Assembly (NCBI GenBank): GCA_003559575.1
Contig: PWKZ01000147.1
Span: 35,471-99,470, forward strand
DNA: 64,000 nucleotides
Direction: 5' to 3'
Source: Bradymonadales bacterium
GTDB taxonomy: Bacteria; Myxococcota_A; UBA9042; PWKZ01
Positions 17,911 through 27,579 of this stretch are shown here, one piece after another (within the stretch, counting starts at the first letter, position 1; the number at the start of each line of letters is the position of its first letter). The notes beneath the pieces are model-generated. The model was given only the letters and a program-made list of their open reading frames with translations, was not told where the DNA came from and did not search any database. The translations under genes were made by a program, and so were the position numbers.

Positions 17911-19692
17911 TCAGCGTGGTGAGAGGCGGTAGACTCCCATCGTGACTGTGTCTGCCGGGACCAAAAAGCGTCCGTCAGGGCGGCTCTCGACGGTCGTCGC
18001 GGCGATCGGGGTGGCTTTGAAGCGGCTCAGCACATCACGACACAGATCTCGCTCGACCACCTCGGGAGGCGGCTCTCGATCGAACCGATAGCAGGAGGCG
18101 CCGCGGTAGAAGAGCGTAATCTTGTCATCCGGGAGCGCCTGGAGGGCGAGTAATTCGCTTGCCGGCATAGGCGCGACGATGAGCCCGGCGGCTTCAAACA
18201 GGTTGGTCGGTGGCGCGGTGATGATGCGCCCCTGCCCGGCGGGGGAGTCGAGGTGAGCGAGGAGAATGGGGAGGCCTGGCGGATCTTCGGCGAGCCGCCG
18301 GGCGGCGTGTCTGGACTGCTCCCATGCCACCTGCGGATCGCGCCGCCACTCGAGCGAATCGAACGCCAGGAGCGGTTGTGCGGCCAGGACGAGGACGAAC
18401 AAGACCGTCACCGCTTGACGCGGGCGACCGGGCGCCACCGCGCGCCTCACCCCCTCGAGCGCGACACCGGTGAGCAAGAGCAGTGGCAGCAGCATGTTGG
18501 CTTGCAGTCGAAACGCCTCCGTCGTCGAGTTGTGGTATGGCAGCCAGATGAGCGCGCCGATTAAAAACCACGCCGGCAGGAGAGCCGACTCGCGGGGACG
18601 CGTCACCAGCAGCGCGACGAAACCTAACGCCGCCGACGCCGGGACGAGCGGCAAAAGAAGTTTGGGATCCCAGAGGAGGCAGGACGAGGCGCTCGTGAGC
18701 GCGCTCAGCGCCTCCATGAAGTGATCTCCCTTGGGCGCCATCGCCTGGGTCGTGAGGCTTTGCCAGATAGTCACGATTCGCGGCAGAAGGGCCGCGCCGC
18801 CGGCCACGACGAACAGCCCAGTGGCGCCCCAGGGCAGCGGCCGGCGTGTGCGGCGGCCCACTAGAGCCAGAGTCATCGGCAGGAGCAGAAGCAGCGGTAG
18901 CGTCTCGGCGCGGATGTTCATGGCCGGCACGGTGGCGACCGTAGCGAGCGCGAGATCGAGCACCCGCCCGTACTGAACGAACCGGATCGCGCTGAACAGG
19001 GCGAGGCTCAATAGGACACAGAAGAGCACATAGGGGCTCTCGCTGCCCGCCACTCGAGCAAGCCAGGGGGAAAACGCCACCGCCGAGGCGGCAAACAGCG
19101 CCGCGCCGGCGCGCTCCGTCAGGGCCCAGATGAGCGCGAAGGCCAGCGGCACCAGCAGCGCGCCCAGAAGCGCGTTGATGAAGAGGACGGTGGTTGGGCG
19201 TGGCAGAGGGCGGCTCATGATCCAAAAAAAGACCCGCGCCGCCTCTCCTTGAAGGCGAAAGTAGCCTGTGTACATGTGGCCGTCCAAGTATGCCGCGATC
19301 TCGTGTGGCCCGTGATCGTTCTCCTTGATGGGGGCGTGAGGGACGACAACGCCTCGGAGCAGCGCGGCCAGAAAAAGGAGCAGCGCCAGCGCAAGTTTGA
19401 CCCGGGGAGAGAGGGCGGCGGCGCCCCTCTCGCGACTTACCATCTTGGCCGACAGGAGCACCAGCAGGAGCGCGAAGATGGCCCCGAGGGCGATTCGCAG
19501 CCCATCGTTGGGCTTCTCCGAGCCGGCCTCGATTCCGTCGGGGGGCCCGGCTTCGCCCACTGCCGCAACCGGCTCAGCGATGGCCGGCGGAGCGATCAAA
19601 GTGGTGAGTGTCAGCACCGCGAGCGTGAGCGCGACAGCCAGCCGGGCCACTCCCATGCCGCCTCCTGGTGGTGGTGCGCGAGTCGTCGTCAT
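17911..19692 (-). CDS. Polytopic membrane glycosyltransferase, GT-C fold (ArnT/PMT family-like)
   Basis: More than 10 predicted TM helices over the N-terminal two-thirds and a C-terminal soluble domain. Likely start MTTTRAPPPGGGMGVARLAVALTL (ATG minus strand at 19692); the ORF extends to 19851. The family assignment is by architecture and is tentative. Confidence 0.55.
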   Translation of the reverse strand: MTTTRAPPPGGGMGVARLAVALTLAVLTLTTLIAPPAIAEPVAAVGEAGPPDGIEAGSEKPNDGLRIALGAIFALLLVLLSAKMVSRERGAAALSPRVKLALALLLFLAALLRGVVVPHAPIKENDHGPHEIAAYLDGHMYTGYFRLQGEAARVFFWIMSRPLPRPTTVLFINALLGALLVPLAFALIWALTERAGAALFAASAVAFSPWLARVAGSESPYVLFCVLLSLALFSAIRFVQYGRVLDLALATVATVPAMNIRAETLPLLLLLPMTLALVGRRTRRPLPWGATGLFVVAGGAALLPRIVTIWQSLTTQAMAPKGDHFMEALSALTSASSCLLWDPKLLLPLVPASAALGFVALLVTRPRESALLPAWFLIGALIWLPYHNSTTEAFRLQANMLLPLLLLTGVALEGVRRAVAPGRPRQAVTVLFVLVLAAQPLLAFDSLEWRRDPQVAWEQSRHAARRLAEDPPGLPILLAHLDSPAGQGRIITAPPTNLFEAAGLIVAPMPASELLALQALPDDKITLFYRGASCYRFDREPPPEVVERDLCRDVLSRFKATPIAATTVESRPDGRFLVPADTVTMGVYRLSPR

Positions 19693-19980
19693 CGTGGAAG
19701 GGGCCCGCGGCAGAAAACTCGCGCGGACCTCCCCCGCCCAATCCTCGCCGATTTGAGGCGTAAGGTCCACGACGACCAGCAAAGAATTGGCAGCGGGCTC
19801 GCTTCTGCCCTCCGGTAGATGCGCTTTCATTCCGCGTACATGCAACTGCACCGAGATCCTCGGTGGTCGGTTTGAGAGGGCAAAAAGAGAGGTTTATTCG
19901 GGTTGCGAATCGTTCGACCTTCGTGGTAACAAAAAGGACCGCGTTGGGGAGGTCCTGGCAAGGTCTCGGCATCACTATGG

Positions 19981-21384
19981 GTGGAAGCTGTCATGCGCGC
20001 TACGTTTGATGATCAATGGGAAGAGGCGCTCGCCCTGGTTCGCAACAAAATCTCTAACGACCTGCAATATGGCCACTGGATCACCCCCCTCGAGATCTGC
20101 TCGCGAAGCAACGGCACCATCGAGCTTGGAGTCTCCGACGCGCTGTTCGCCGAGTGGTTTGAGAGCGAAGGCTACGCCAAGATCTTGCGCGAGAGTTTGC
20201 ACGAGGTGACGGGCTTGGACTTTGCGTTTGACTACAAAGTGCTCGGCGCGAACGGCGAGACTCACGAGGATTCCAACGAGGGCCAGCTCGAGTTCGAGCT
20301 GGCGCCGACAGGCTCATCCAAGCAGTCCCCGCGCCCATCTCTCGCCTCTCCCGGATCGGGAGTCAGCTTCATCGAAGATTACCGCTTCGAGAGCTTCGTC
20401 AAGGGAGACAGCAACAAGCTGGCTTATGCCGCCAGCGCCGCGGTGGCCGATAAACCGGGCAAGACCTACAACCCGCTGTTCGTCTATGGGGGCGCCGGGC
20501 TTGGCAAGACCCACCTGCTGCACGCCATCGGCAATGAGATGATGGCGCGCAACCCGCAAATGCGGGTCTTGTACGTCACGAGCGAGATCTTTTTCAACGA
20601 TCTGGTCGAGTCGATCCGGCGCAATCGGATGCATGTGTTTCGGGAGCGCTACCGGGACGCCTGCGACGCCCTGCTGATCGATGACGTGCAGTTCTTTGCC
20701 CGCAAGGGGCACACCCAGGACGAGTTCTTTCACACCTTCAACGCGCTGCACGCCGCCAACAAGCAGATCGTGTTCACGAGCGACCGCTTCCCCGAGGAGA
20801 TCGAGAACCTCGAGGAGCGCCTGCGGAGCCGCTTTCAGTGGGGGCTGACCACCGACATCAAGCCGCCGGTCATCGAGACCAGGATCGCCATTTTGGCCAA
20901 GAAGGCCGAGCTGCGCGGACTCGACTTGCCCGATGACGTGGCGTTCTTCATTGCCAGCCGAATTCGCTCCAACGTACGTCGCCTCGAAGGGGCGCTGACC
21001 AGCCTTGCGGCTTATACATCGCTGCACAACGTGCCCATCAACAAAGAGGTCGCGAAGAAGGCGCTCAGGGAGTTCCTCCCCGGCGAAGAACGGCCGGTGA
21101 CGGCCGAGCAGATAATCAAGCTGGTGGCGACCCACTACCACATCAAGCCCCAGGACATGAAAGGCCAAGGGCGACAGAGACAGGTGACCCGTCCGCGCCA
21201 GGTGGCCATGTACCTGACGCGCCGGTTTACGACATTGTCGTTCCCCGAGATTGGAGCGCGCTTCGGCAACCGCGATCACACCACTGTCATGAGCGCTGTG
21301 CGGAAGGTGGAGACCCTGATTGATCAGGAGGACATGGAGACCAAGCGCGCCGTTGAGGTCTTGTCCCGCCAGCTCGAGTCCTGA
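19981..21384 (+). CDS. dnaA: Chromosomal replication initiator protein DnaA
   Basis: GTG at 19981 (alternative ATG at 19993). AAA+ Walker A GGAGLGKTHLLHAIGN, Walker B LLIDDVQF, sensor FTSDRFPEEI, and C-terminal DNA-binding helix-turn-helix (RQVAMYLTRRFTTLSFPEIGARFGNRDHTTVMSAVRKV). Confidence 0.9.
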   Translation: MEAVMRATFDDQWEEALALVRNKISNDLQYGHWITPLEICSRSNGTIELGVSDALFAEWFESEGYAKILRESLHEVTGLDFAFDYKVLGANGETHEDSNEGQLEFELAPTGSSKQSPRPSLASPGSGVSFIEDYRFESFVKGDSNKLAYAASAAVADKPGKTYNPLFVYGGAGLGKTHLLHAIGNEMMARNPQMRVLYVTSEIFFNDLVESIRRNRMHVFRERYRDACDALLIDDVQFFARKGHTQDEFFHTFNALHAANKQIVFTSDRFPEEIENLEERLRSRFQWGLTTDIKPPVIETRIAILAKKAELRGLDLPDDVAFFIASRIRSNVRRLEGALTSLAAYTSLHNVPINKEVAKKALREFLPGEERPVTAEQIIKLVATHYHIKPQDMKGQGRQRQVTRPRQVAMYLTRRFTTLSFPEIGARFGNRDHTTVMSAVRKVETLIDQEDMETKRAVEVLSRQLES

Positions 21385-21593
21385 GCCCGGCGAGGCCCGC
21401 ACTTTAATTCTCCAGCACACCTAGAGTTGACTTTTTGGGCCAACTAGGCCAGTGAGTCATACGGCCTCCTGCGGGCGGCGGGAGATTCGGGGTTTTTTTT
21501 GCACGACCAACCCCTCGACGCGCCAAGCGACCCCGCCATTATTCGCGGGGAAGCAGGAGAACCGCATTCATCGCGCAACTTTGGAGATAGACT

Positions 21594-21743
21594 GTGAAGC
21601 GCACATATCAACCCAGCAATTTGAAACGACGCAGGACCCATGGCTTTCGCGAGCGGATGAGCACTCGCGGGGGGCGGGCGGTATTAAACGCTCGGCGCCG
21701 CAAGGGACGCAAACAGTTGGCCGTGGGGACGCCCAAGAAGTAG
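21594..21743 (+). CDS. rpmH: 50S ribosomal protein L34
   Basis: Not in the ORF track (49 aa). GTG start; translation [44 protein letters not shown] matches the L34 consensus (MKRTFQPSxLKRxRxHGFRxRM...GRxVLxxRRxKGR). Confidence 0.85.
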   Translation: MKRTYQPSNLKRRRTHGFRERMSTRGGRAVLNARRRKGRKQLAVGTPKK

Positions 21744-21746
21744 GTT

Positions 21747-22112
21747 TTGGGGCCCAAAACGGTGACTGATTTCGGATATCCACCGGCGCTTCGTTTGCGC
21801 AAACGGGGCCATTTCCTCAGAACCATGAAGTTCGGGCGGAGGTTTTTTTCGCCGAGCTTTATTCTGTACGCCAATCCGAACTCTGGTCCTCACACCCGGT
21901 TGGGTATCACGGTGACCAGAAAGATCGGCAACGCTGTAACGCGCAACCGCTTCAAACGGCTCGTGCGTGAGGCTTTTCGGCTACACCCGGAGTGGTTCGA
22001 CAGGCCGGTTGATCTGTTGGTGATAGTCAAGCGGGGGCGCTCCCCGGAAGGGCTGGGGCAAGTGGTGCGCGAGCTGCAAGAGGTGCTGGGGCGCTGCTTG
22101 GCTGAACGGTGA
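21747..22112 (+). CDS. rnpA: Ribonuclease P protein component
   Basis: Immediately follows rpmH; basic protein with the RNR-like motif region KIGNAVTRNRFKRLVREAFR; canonical rpmH-rnpA linkage. True start may be slightly downstream. Confidence 0.8.
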   Translation: MGPKTVTDFGYPPALRLRKRGHFLRTMKFGRRFFSPSFILYANPNSGPHTRLGITVTRKIGNAVTRNRFKRLVREAFRLHPEWFDRPVDLLVIVKRGRSPEGLGQVVRELQEVLGRCLAER

Positions 22113-22118
22113 AGTGAT

Positions 22119-22409
22119 ATGCAGTCCGAGTCGCGGGCAGAAAAGTTGTTGGGTGCTCTAGTGGTTTGGCCCCGGTGGCTCACGATCGCGCTCCCGGTCC
22201 TTTTGGTGCTGTTGTATCAGCGTTTGCTGCGCCCGCTACTGCCGGGAGCTTGCCGGTTTTATCCTACGTGTAGTGACTACGCCATCCTCGCCTTGCGCCG
22301 CCACGGCCTCTTGAGAGGCGGGGCGCTCGCAGTTTGGCGCTTGTTGCGCTGCCACCCCTTTCACCCTGGCGGTGTCGATCCAGTGCCGACAGCCGGAGAT
22401 AGACGATGA
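22119..22409 (+). CDS. yidD: Membrane protein insertion efficiency factor YidD
   Basis: Motif [28 protein letters not shown] is the YidD signature (CRFxPTCSxY); canonical position between rnpA and yidC. Confidence 0.8.
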   Translation: MQSESRAEKLLGALVVWPRWLTIALPVLLVLLYQRLLRPLLPGACRFYPTCSDYAILALRRHGLLRGGALAVWRLLRCHPFHPGGVDPVPTAGDRR

Positions 22410-24652
22410 CCAGACGGCTGCCGTTGTTCGTTATGCTTGCGGCGGGATTTGCTTTCCTGGTGCTCTTTGCGATCAATGAGTCTTCTCGCCCTGACGAATC
22501 CGACGGCGACCAAGCCCAAGGTGAACGACCGGGGACCATGTCCCCCGGAGAGCGCGACTCCGAGGCCCCTCGCGAAGCCCAAGGCGGCGCCTCCGGGACC
22601 TCCTCACAGCGCCACGCGCTGGAGGAGACCTGGAAGGTCAAGAACCGGATCGACGATGATGACGGCTATCTGGGGGTGCTCTCCAGCATTGGAGCGACCT
22701 TCTCGAGCGTCCAGATGCTCAAGGAGCAATACCGCCAGGCGGCCAACGAGGAGCGGCTGAATCCGCTGCCGGAGGTGTTGCGCGGTCGGATCCCCGAGCG
22801 CTTTTACGAGAACTCGCTGTTGGAGCTCGTCTGGGCGTGGGATCCGGAGAGCTACCCGTTTCGTATTCGTTTTGATGCGCTCCAACACAACGGCGAGGTG
22901 CGCCGCGTCCTGCGAGGGCCGGCCGAGGATGGGCAGATCGATCCCACCGACCGCTCTGTCTTCCGCATCGCCGAGTCGGAGGTTCAATTCACCACCACCT
23001 ACCCCGAAGTGCAGCGGGGCGATCAAATCGAACTGACGGTCACCGGCCGGAGCGGCGAGCCAAGCCTCCACACCATCGAAGAGGTGCGCAAGCGGCGGCT
23101 GGTCGTCTCCCCGAGGTTGCCGGAGCTTGCCGACGATGAGGTGGTGAGTTACCGGGTGCTGGCCGAGGGCCCTTTTCAGACCATCTATCACCGCGACGCA
23201 AGGTACACCCTGGTCTCCCGGGACGAGCAGCGCCTCGTGTTCGTGTGGCCGAACCCCGAGAGCGACACGAGTGACCTGTTCATCGAGCGCGAGCTGCGCC
23301 TGACCGGGCCCTACGACCACGAGCTGGATATCGTGCTTCACAACTTCGGCGACCAGGAGGTGACGGGACGCATCACCATGCTGGTGCGTGGGTTTCAACC
23401 ACCGGTGCGCTCGGGCGGGATCTTTTCGGGGCCGCCACCCGATCAGCGCTCGGCCATGTGTCACGCGGGGGGCAAGGCTCACCGCGCTTCACTCGCGGAC
23501 TTGCTCGCCAAGCCGCGGGATCCCGACTGGAGCCCTTCCGGCGACGTCTCCTGGGTAGGGATCGAGAGCCGCTACTTCTTGCTGGCGGCCGTGCCGCTCA
23601 ATTTGAGTAACAGCCAATGCTTCATGCAGGCGTTTCGGAGCGAACCCCCGGAGGGGGTCGCCACGGCGGGGGTCGGGCGGACCAAGAGTTGGGTCATTCC
23701 GCCGGCCAAGACCACCTGCCTGCCCTCCTGGATGCCGCGCCGTCCCGGCTTCGAGCACTGTGAGACCATGCTGGCGCGGTTGGGTCTCGAGGGCGACACC
23801 ACCAACCGCGTCATCGACGACACCTACGATGAGGTGCGACGGACACTCGACGGCGCCAAGCTCGAGGAGGCGCGCGAGGCGCGCGATGCGCTCATGGGCC
23901 GGCGGGCCACCTTGCATCGTTATCTGCTGTATGCCGGCCCCAAGGATCTGGCCGAACTTCAGGCTCAGGACGCCGGCCTGGAGGACAGCATCGACTTTTG
24001 GGTGGTCGGGATCATCGCCAAACCGATGGTCCACATGCTCAAGATGTTTCACGGCTGGATCCCCAACTGGGGGGTCGCCATTGTCCTGTTGACCCTGCTC
24101 GTCAAAGTGGCGCTGCTTTATTTCACGCACAAGAGCTTCAAGTCGATGCATGCGATGCAGAAGCTCAAGCCCCACATGGACGAGCTGAGGGCCAAGTACA
24201 GCAATGATCGCCAGAAGCTCAACGAAGAGATGATGGCGCTCTACAAGCGGCACAAGGTCAACCCCTTGGGCGGTTGCCTCCCCATGCTGCTTCAAATGCC
24301 GGTGTGGATTGCGCTCTATCGATCAATCTATGCGTCGGTGGAACTTTACCAGGCGCCGTTGTTCGGCTGGATTCAGGACATGTCGGCGCCCGATCCCTAT
24401 TACGTGCTCCCGCTCGTCATGGGGCTCTCGATGTTTTTGCAGCAACGGCTGATGCCGCCGGCGATGGACGCGCAGCAGGCGCGAATCATGATGTACATGA
24501 TGCCCATCATGTTCACCGTTTTCATGCTCTTTTTGCCCGCCGGCCTGGTGCTCTATATTTTCGTCAACACTCTGCTCGGGATGGCTCAACAGTATTATAT
24601 CAAGCGCAAGGGTGCGACCGAGCCGGCCGCAGCAGGAGCGGCGCGAGGGTGA
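22406..24652 (+). CDS. yidC: Membrane protein insertase YidC
   Basis: Overlaps the yidD stop. N-terminal TM, large periplasmic domain, and the conserved C-terminal five-TM core ([28 protein letters not shown]...[14 protein letters not shown]...[20 protein letters not shown]...[21 protein letters not shown]). Confidence 0.85.
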   Translation: MTRRLPLFVMLAAGFAFLVLFAINESSRPDESDGDQAQGERPGTMSPGERDSEAPREAQGGASGTSSQRHALEETWKVKNRIDDDDGYLGVLSSIGATFSSVQMLKEQYRQAANEERLNPLPEVLRGRIPERFYENSLLELVWAWDPESYPFRIRFDALQHNGEVRRVLRGPAEDGQIDPTDRSVFRIAESEVQFTTTYPEVQRGDQIELTVTGRSGEPSLHTIEEVRKRRLVVSPRLPELADDEVVSYRVLAEGPFQTIYHRDARYTLVSRDEQRLVFVWPNPESDTSDLFIERELRLTGPYDHELDIVLHNFGDQEVTGRITMLVRGFQPPVRSGGIFSGPPPDQRSAMCHAGGKAHRASLADLLAKPRDPDWSPSGDVSWVGIESRYFLLAAVPLNLSNSQCFMQAFRSEPPEGVATAGVGRTKSWVIPPAKTTCLPSWMPRRPGFEHCETMLARLGLEGDTTNRVIDDTYDEVRRTLDGAKLEEAREARDALMGRRATLHRYLLYAGPKDLAELQAQDAGLEDSIDFWVVGIIAKPMVHMLKMFHGWIPNWGVAIVLLTLLVKVALLYFTHKSFKSMHAMQKLKPHMDELRAKYSNDRQKLNEEMMALYKRHKVNPLGGCLPMLLQMPVWIALYRSIYASVELYQAPLFGWIQDMSAPDPYYVLPLVMGLSMFLQQRLMPPAMDAQQARIMMYMMPIMFTVFMLFLPAGLVLYIFVNTLLGMAQQYYIKRKGATEPAAAGAARG

Positions 24653-24701
24653 TCTCGAGGGGTCGGATGCCGCAGACGCGGCATCTTGAGATCCCCATCA
24701 G

Positions 24702-25460
24702 GTGAACGGTTGCGAGAGTCAACCGGTGGATAAGGGGGATGCAGTGAGCTTCCATCCTACATTTTATGGCCGCAATCTCGATCAAGCGCTGTGGGAGGCG
24801 GCGTCCAAGCTCAATCAGGAGCCGGGCAGCCTCGAGTATCGTGCCACCACAGTAGATGAAGGCTTTGTCATGGTCGAGGTGTTGAACGCGCCGATGATCG
24901 AGGTGGCCCCGGTGATGCCGGTGTTTGCGCCGCAGGGCGGCGAAGCCGCCAAAAAGGCGGCGCCGAAGCGTCGTCCTGCCGGGGAGGTGCCCAAGGTGTC
25001 CGCGGAGCTACCCTATCTCCAAGTTGTCCGGGAGGTGTTGCGCGAGATCCTGGGCCGCCTCGGCTTGGAGGGCTCGTTCGAGGTCACCGAGCGCGACGGC
25101 GATGTGCATGTGCAGCTCGATGAAGCACATGCCGAGGTGCTGCTGGGACAGGATGGCCGGCTGCTCGATTCACTCCGCCACCTCGTCAACCGCATGGTCC
25201 ATCAGCAGAGGCAAGGCGGCGCGGCGATCTTGATGGATGTCCAGGGTCGGCTGGCGGCGCGGGAGACCGCGCTTCACGCCATGGCGCAGAGAGTCGCCGA
25301 TTTTGCGGTGGCGCTCGGTGGTGCCGTGGCCGTCGACACCCTGCCGTCGTCTGACCGCCGCCTCATCCACGGGGCGCTGGCCAACAGACACGATGTCCGC
25401 ACCGAGTCGGTCGGCTCGGGCGCTTACCGCCGCTTCGTCATCCGCTCCGCCGGCCACTAG
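24702..25460 (+). CDS. jag: Jag/KhpB-like RNA-binding protein (Jag_N, KH, R3H)
   Basis: Canonical position after yidC. KH-like segment (PYLQVVREVLREILGRLGLEG) and C-terminal R3H-like (VDTLPSSDRRLIHGALANRHDVRTESVGSGAYRRFVI). Start may be the GTG near 24744. Confidence 0.7.
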   Translation: MNGCESQPVDKGDAVSFHPTFYGRNLDQALWEAASKLNQEPGSLEYRATTVDEGFVMVEVLNAPMIEVAPVMPVFAPQGGEAAKKAAPKRRPAGEVPKVSAELPYLQVVREVLREILGRLGLEGSFEVTERDGDVHVQLDEAHAEVLLGQDGRLLDSLRHLVNRMVHQQRQGGAAILMDVQGRLAARETALHAMAQRVADFAVALGGAVAVDTLPSSDRRLIHGALANRHDVRTESVGSGAYRRFVIRSAGH

Positions 25461-26653
25461 CGGAACCAGGGGCTCGGATCGATTGGCTCGCCGTCGTGAC
25501 GGAGCTCGAAGTAGAGCCCGGGGCGGGGTTGCCCCGGGCCTCCGACGAAACCGATTCGGTCGCGAGTCGCCACCACGTCTCCCTCTTCGACATTCAAGAG
25601 CGCGAGTCGCGCGTAGAGGGTGTAGTAGCCGCGCGCGTGGTCGATTATGACGGTGCGGCCGTATCCCGACAGCCAGTCCGCATAGACCACCTTGCCCGTG
25701 TAAACGGCGCGCACCGCGGCTCGGGGGTTGGCTTCATCCGGGAGCCGGGTGGGCTCGATGGCCAGGCCGCGGTGGAGCACTCGGGTCTTGAAGCGGGGGT
25801 GGGTTCGGTAGCCGTAAGGGATTCGCACCCGGGAGGGGGGGATCGGTGGGGTCAGGCGGCCGCGGTGGGCCTCGAACCACGCCGGCCCCTGCCAGCGCTC
25901 GAGCATCTCCACCCGGCGGGCGATATACCTGCTCCGCCGTCTCAGCTCGTGGTGATAGCGCTCATAGTAGGCGCGCTCGACCTCCACCAGCCGCAGCAAC
26001 TCTTCGTGATCGGCCAGATCCTGTTGGATCTCGGCCTTGGTGGTCGCTATTTCGGTCTCGAGGCGGGCCAGCTCGTCGCGTTTCTTCTGAAGCGCGGTCC
26101 GTGAGAGACGAAAGCGAGCGATGGCGTCGCGATATTCCAGGAGCCGCTCCCGGTCTTGCTCGAGGAGTCGCCCAAGCAGGCGTTCGCGGCGCAAATAGTC
26201 GGTGAAGTCGTCGGCGGCGAACAGGAGCAGCAACCCCTCCATGCGCCCGGCGTGGCGGATGGCCCGGAGGCGGTTGCGAATCCGCACTTGATGCTTGTCG
26301 AGAGCCTCTCGCTCCTCGCGAAACAGCTCCTCGAGTTCTCCCAGGCGCGCCTCGACCTCCTCGCGTTGCTCTTGCACCTGCTCGAGCTCGTACTCTTTCT
26401 TGGTGATGCCGAACGAGAGGCTCTCCAGAGTGTCGATGATCGATTGCCCGGCGTCGAGGAGGCGACTGAGGTCGCGCTGCGGGATACGTGGCCGTGAGCC
26501 GTCGGGCAGCGGCTCGGGGAGCACGCCCTCCAACATCGGTGGGAGCTTCGCGGCCTCATCGCCGGTCGCTCGGGCGGGCGGAGAGGCGGCCGCCAGAAGC
26601 GTGACCAAGGCGCAACCGATGAAGGCGCGAAGAAGCCTCACGTGGCACCTCAC
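25457..26653 (-). CDS. envC: Peptidase M23 family murein hydrolase activator (EnvC-like) with coiled-coil N-terminus
   Basis: Signal peptide, long coiled-coil, and C-terminal LytM/M23 domain (YTGKVVYADWLSGYGRTVIIDHARGYYTLYARL...GFVGGPGQPRPGLYFELRHDGEPIDP). Directly downstream of ftsEX. Confidence 0.75.
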   Translation of the reverse strand: MRCHVRLLRAFIGCALVTLLAAASPPARATGDEAAKLPPMLEGVLPEPLPDGSRPRIPQRDLSRLLDAGQSIIDTLESLSFGITKKEYELEQVQEQREEVEARLGELEELFREEREALDKHQVRIRNRLRAIRHAGRMEGLLLLFAADDFTDYLRRERLLGRLLEQDRERLLEYRDAIARFRLSRTALQKKRDELARLETEIATTKAEIQQDLADHEELLRLVEVERAYYERYHHELRRRSRYIARRVEMLERWQGPAWFEAHRGRLTPPIPPSRVRIPYGYRTHPRFKTRVLHRGLAIEPTRLPDEANPRAAVRAVYTGKVVYADWLSGYGRTVIIDHARGYYTLYARLALLNVEEGDVVATRDRIGFVGGPGQPRPGLYFELRHDGEPIDPSPWFR

Positions 26654-27555
26654 GCGCGCAGGTAGCGGCTGATTGACAGCGCGCTACCGAGGAAGCCGAG
26701 CAGCACTCCCCCCGCGACGAAGAGCAGCAAGGTGTGGGAGGGAAGTAGCTCGAACTCCAGGTTCAGGAGGTGGACTTCGCGCACGAACGAGTTGACCTGA
26801 TTGCGCATCGTGGCCAGGATGGCGAGCGCAACCAGCGAACCGACGAGCCCTTGCAAGATCCCTTCGAGATAGAAGGGGACGCGGATGAATCGGTGGGTGG
26901 CCCCCACCAGTCGCAGGATCTCAATCTCCTGTTGGCGCGCGTAGACCGCCAACTTGATCGTACTAAACGTGAAAAAGACGGCTGCCAGGAGGATTATCAT
27001 TGAGACTATCAGTCCGGCGGTTTGGATGAGATCGATCCCGGCGTGGAGGACGCGTAGCTGATCGGCCCCAAACAGGGCGTCATCGACGGCGTCGACCTCC
27101 GTTATCTGCCGCAGCCACTGATCGACCTCCTCGATGTCGGCGCGTCGCAGTGAGCGCTTCTTGAGCCCGATCTCGATGCTCGCTTGGGCGGGAATACTTT
27201 GCTCGTCGAGTCCTTCGAGCAGCATCGGGCTGAGCAGCGCCATGCTCCGGCGGCGATCCTCGGCGCGGGTGACGACCTCGATCTCCTCGACCTCCGGCTT
27301 GCGGCGCAGCTCGAGGGCCAAAGCGTCGATCTGCTCCGGGGTGATGTCGTCATTCAAATAAACGCTGATGCGGAGATCCTGGGCGACCTCATCCAGAAAG
27401 CGCCCGGCATTCAAGAGCAGGAAGGCGAAGAAGCCCACCAACACCAAACTCACCGCGATGGTGAAGACCGAGACGATGTTCAAAAACAGCGAGTAGCGGA
27501 CGTTCTTGAACGACTCGCGCAAGAAGTAGAGGATTCGATAGAAGAAGAGAGCCAT
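26650..27555 (-). CDS. ftsX: Cell division ABC transporter permease FtsX
   Basis: Four-TM FtsX architecture with a large first periplasmic loop; start overlaps the neighbouring stop; immediately downstream of ftsE. Confidence 0.8.
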   Translation of the reverse strand: MALFFYRILYFLRESFKNVRYSLFLNIVSVFTIAVSLVLVGFFAFLLLNAGRFLDEVAQDLRISVYLNDDITPEQIDALALELRRKPEVEEIEVVTRAEDRRRSMALLSPMLLEGLDEQSIPAQASIEIGLKKRSLRRADIEEVDQWLRQITEVDAVDDALFGADQLRVLHAGIDLIQTAGLIVSMIILLAAVFFTFSTIKLAVYARQQEIEILRLVGATHRFIRVPFYLEGILQGLVGSLVALAILATMRNQVNSFVREVHLLNLEFELLPSHTLLLFVAGGVLLGFLGSALSISRYLRA

Positions 27556-27579
27556 TACCGCCTCTTTCGCCGCCGGAGG

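Noticed and set aside
19693-19980. Looked for DnaA boxes (TTATCCACA / TGTGGATAA) and an AT-rich unwinding element upstream of dnaA
   Set aside because: No matches by eye. The region is only modestly AT-enriched (GCAAAAAGAGAGGTTTATTCGGG) and too short for a typical oriC, so no origin feature is claimed.
20314-21420. 368-aa minus-strand ORF antisense to dnaA
   Set aside because: dnaA on the plus strand is unambiguous (Walker motifs, HTH); the antisense ORF lacks motifs.
21385-21593. Possible rho-independent terminator after dnaA (T8 run at ~21495-21502 preceded by GC-rich CCTCCTGCGGGCGGCGGGAG)
   Set aside because: I could not draw a convincing perfect stem from the sequence; the T-run may instead belong to the rpmH promoter region. 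Left unannotated.
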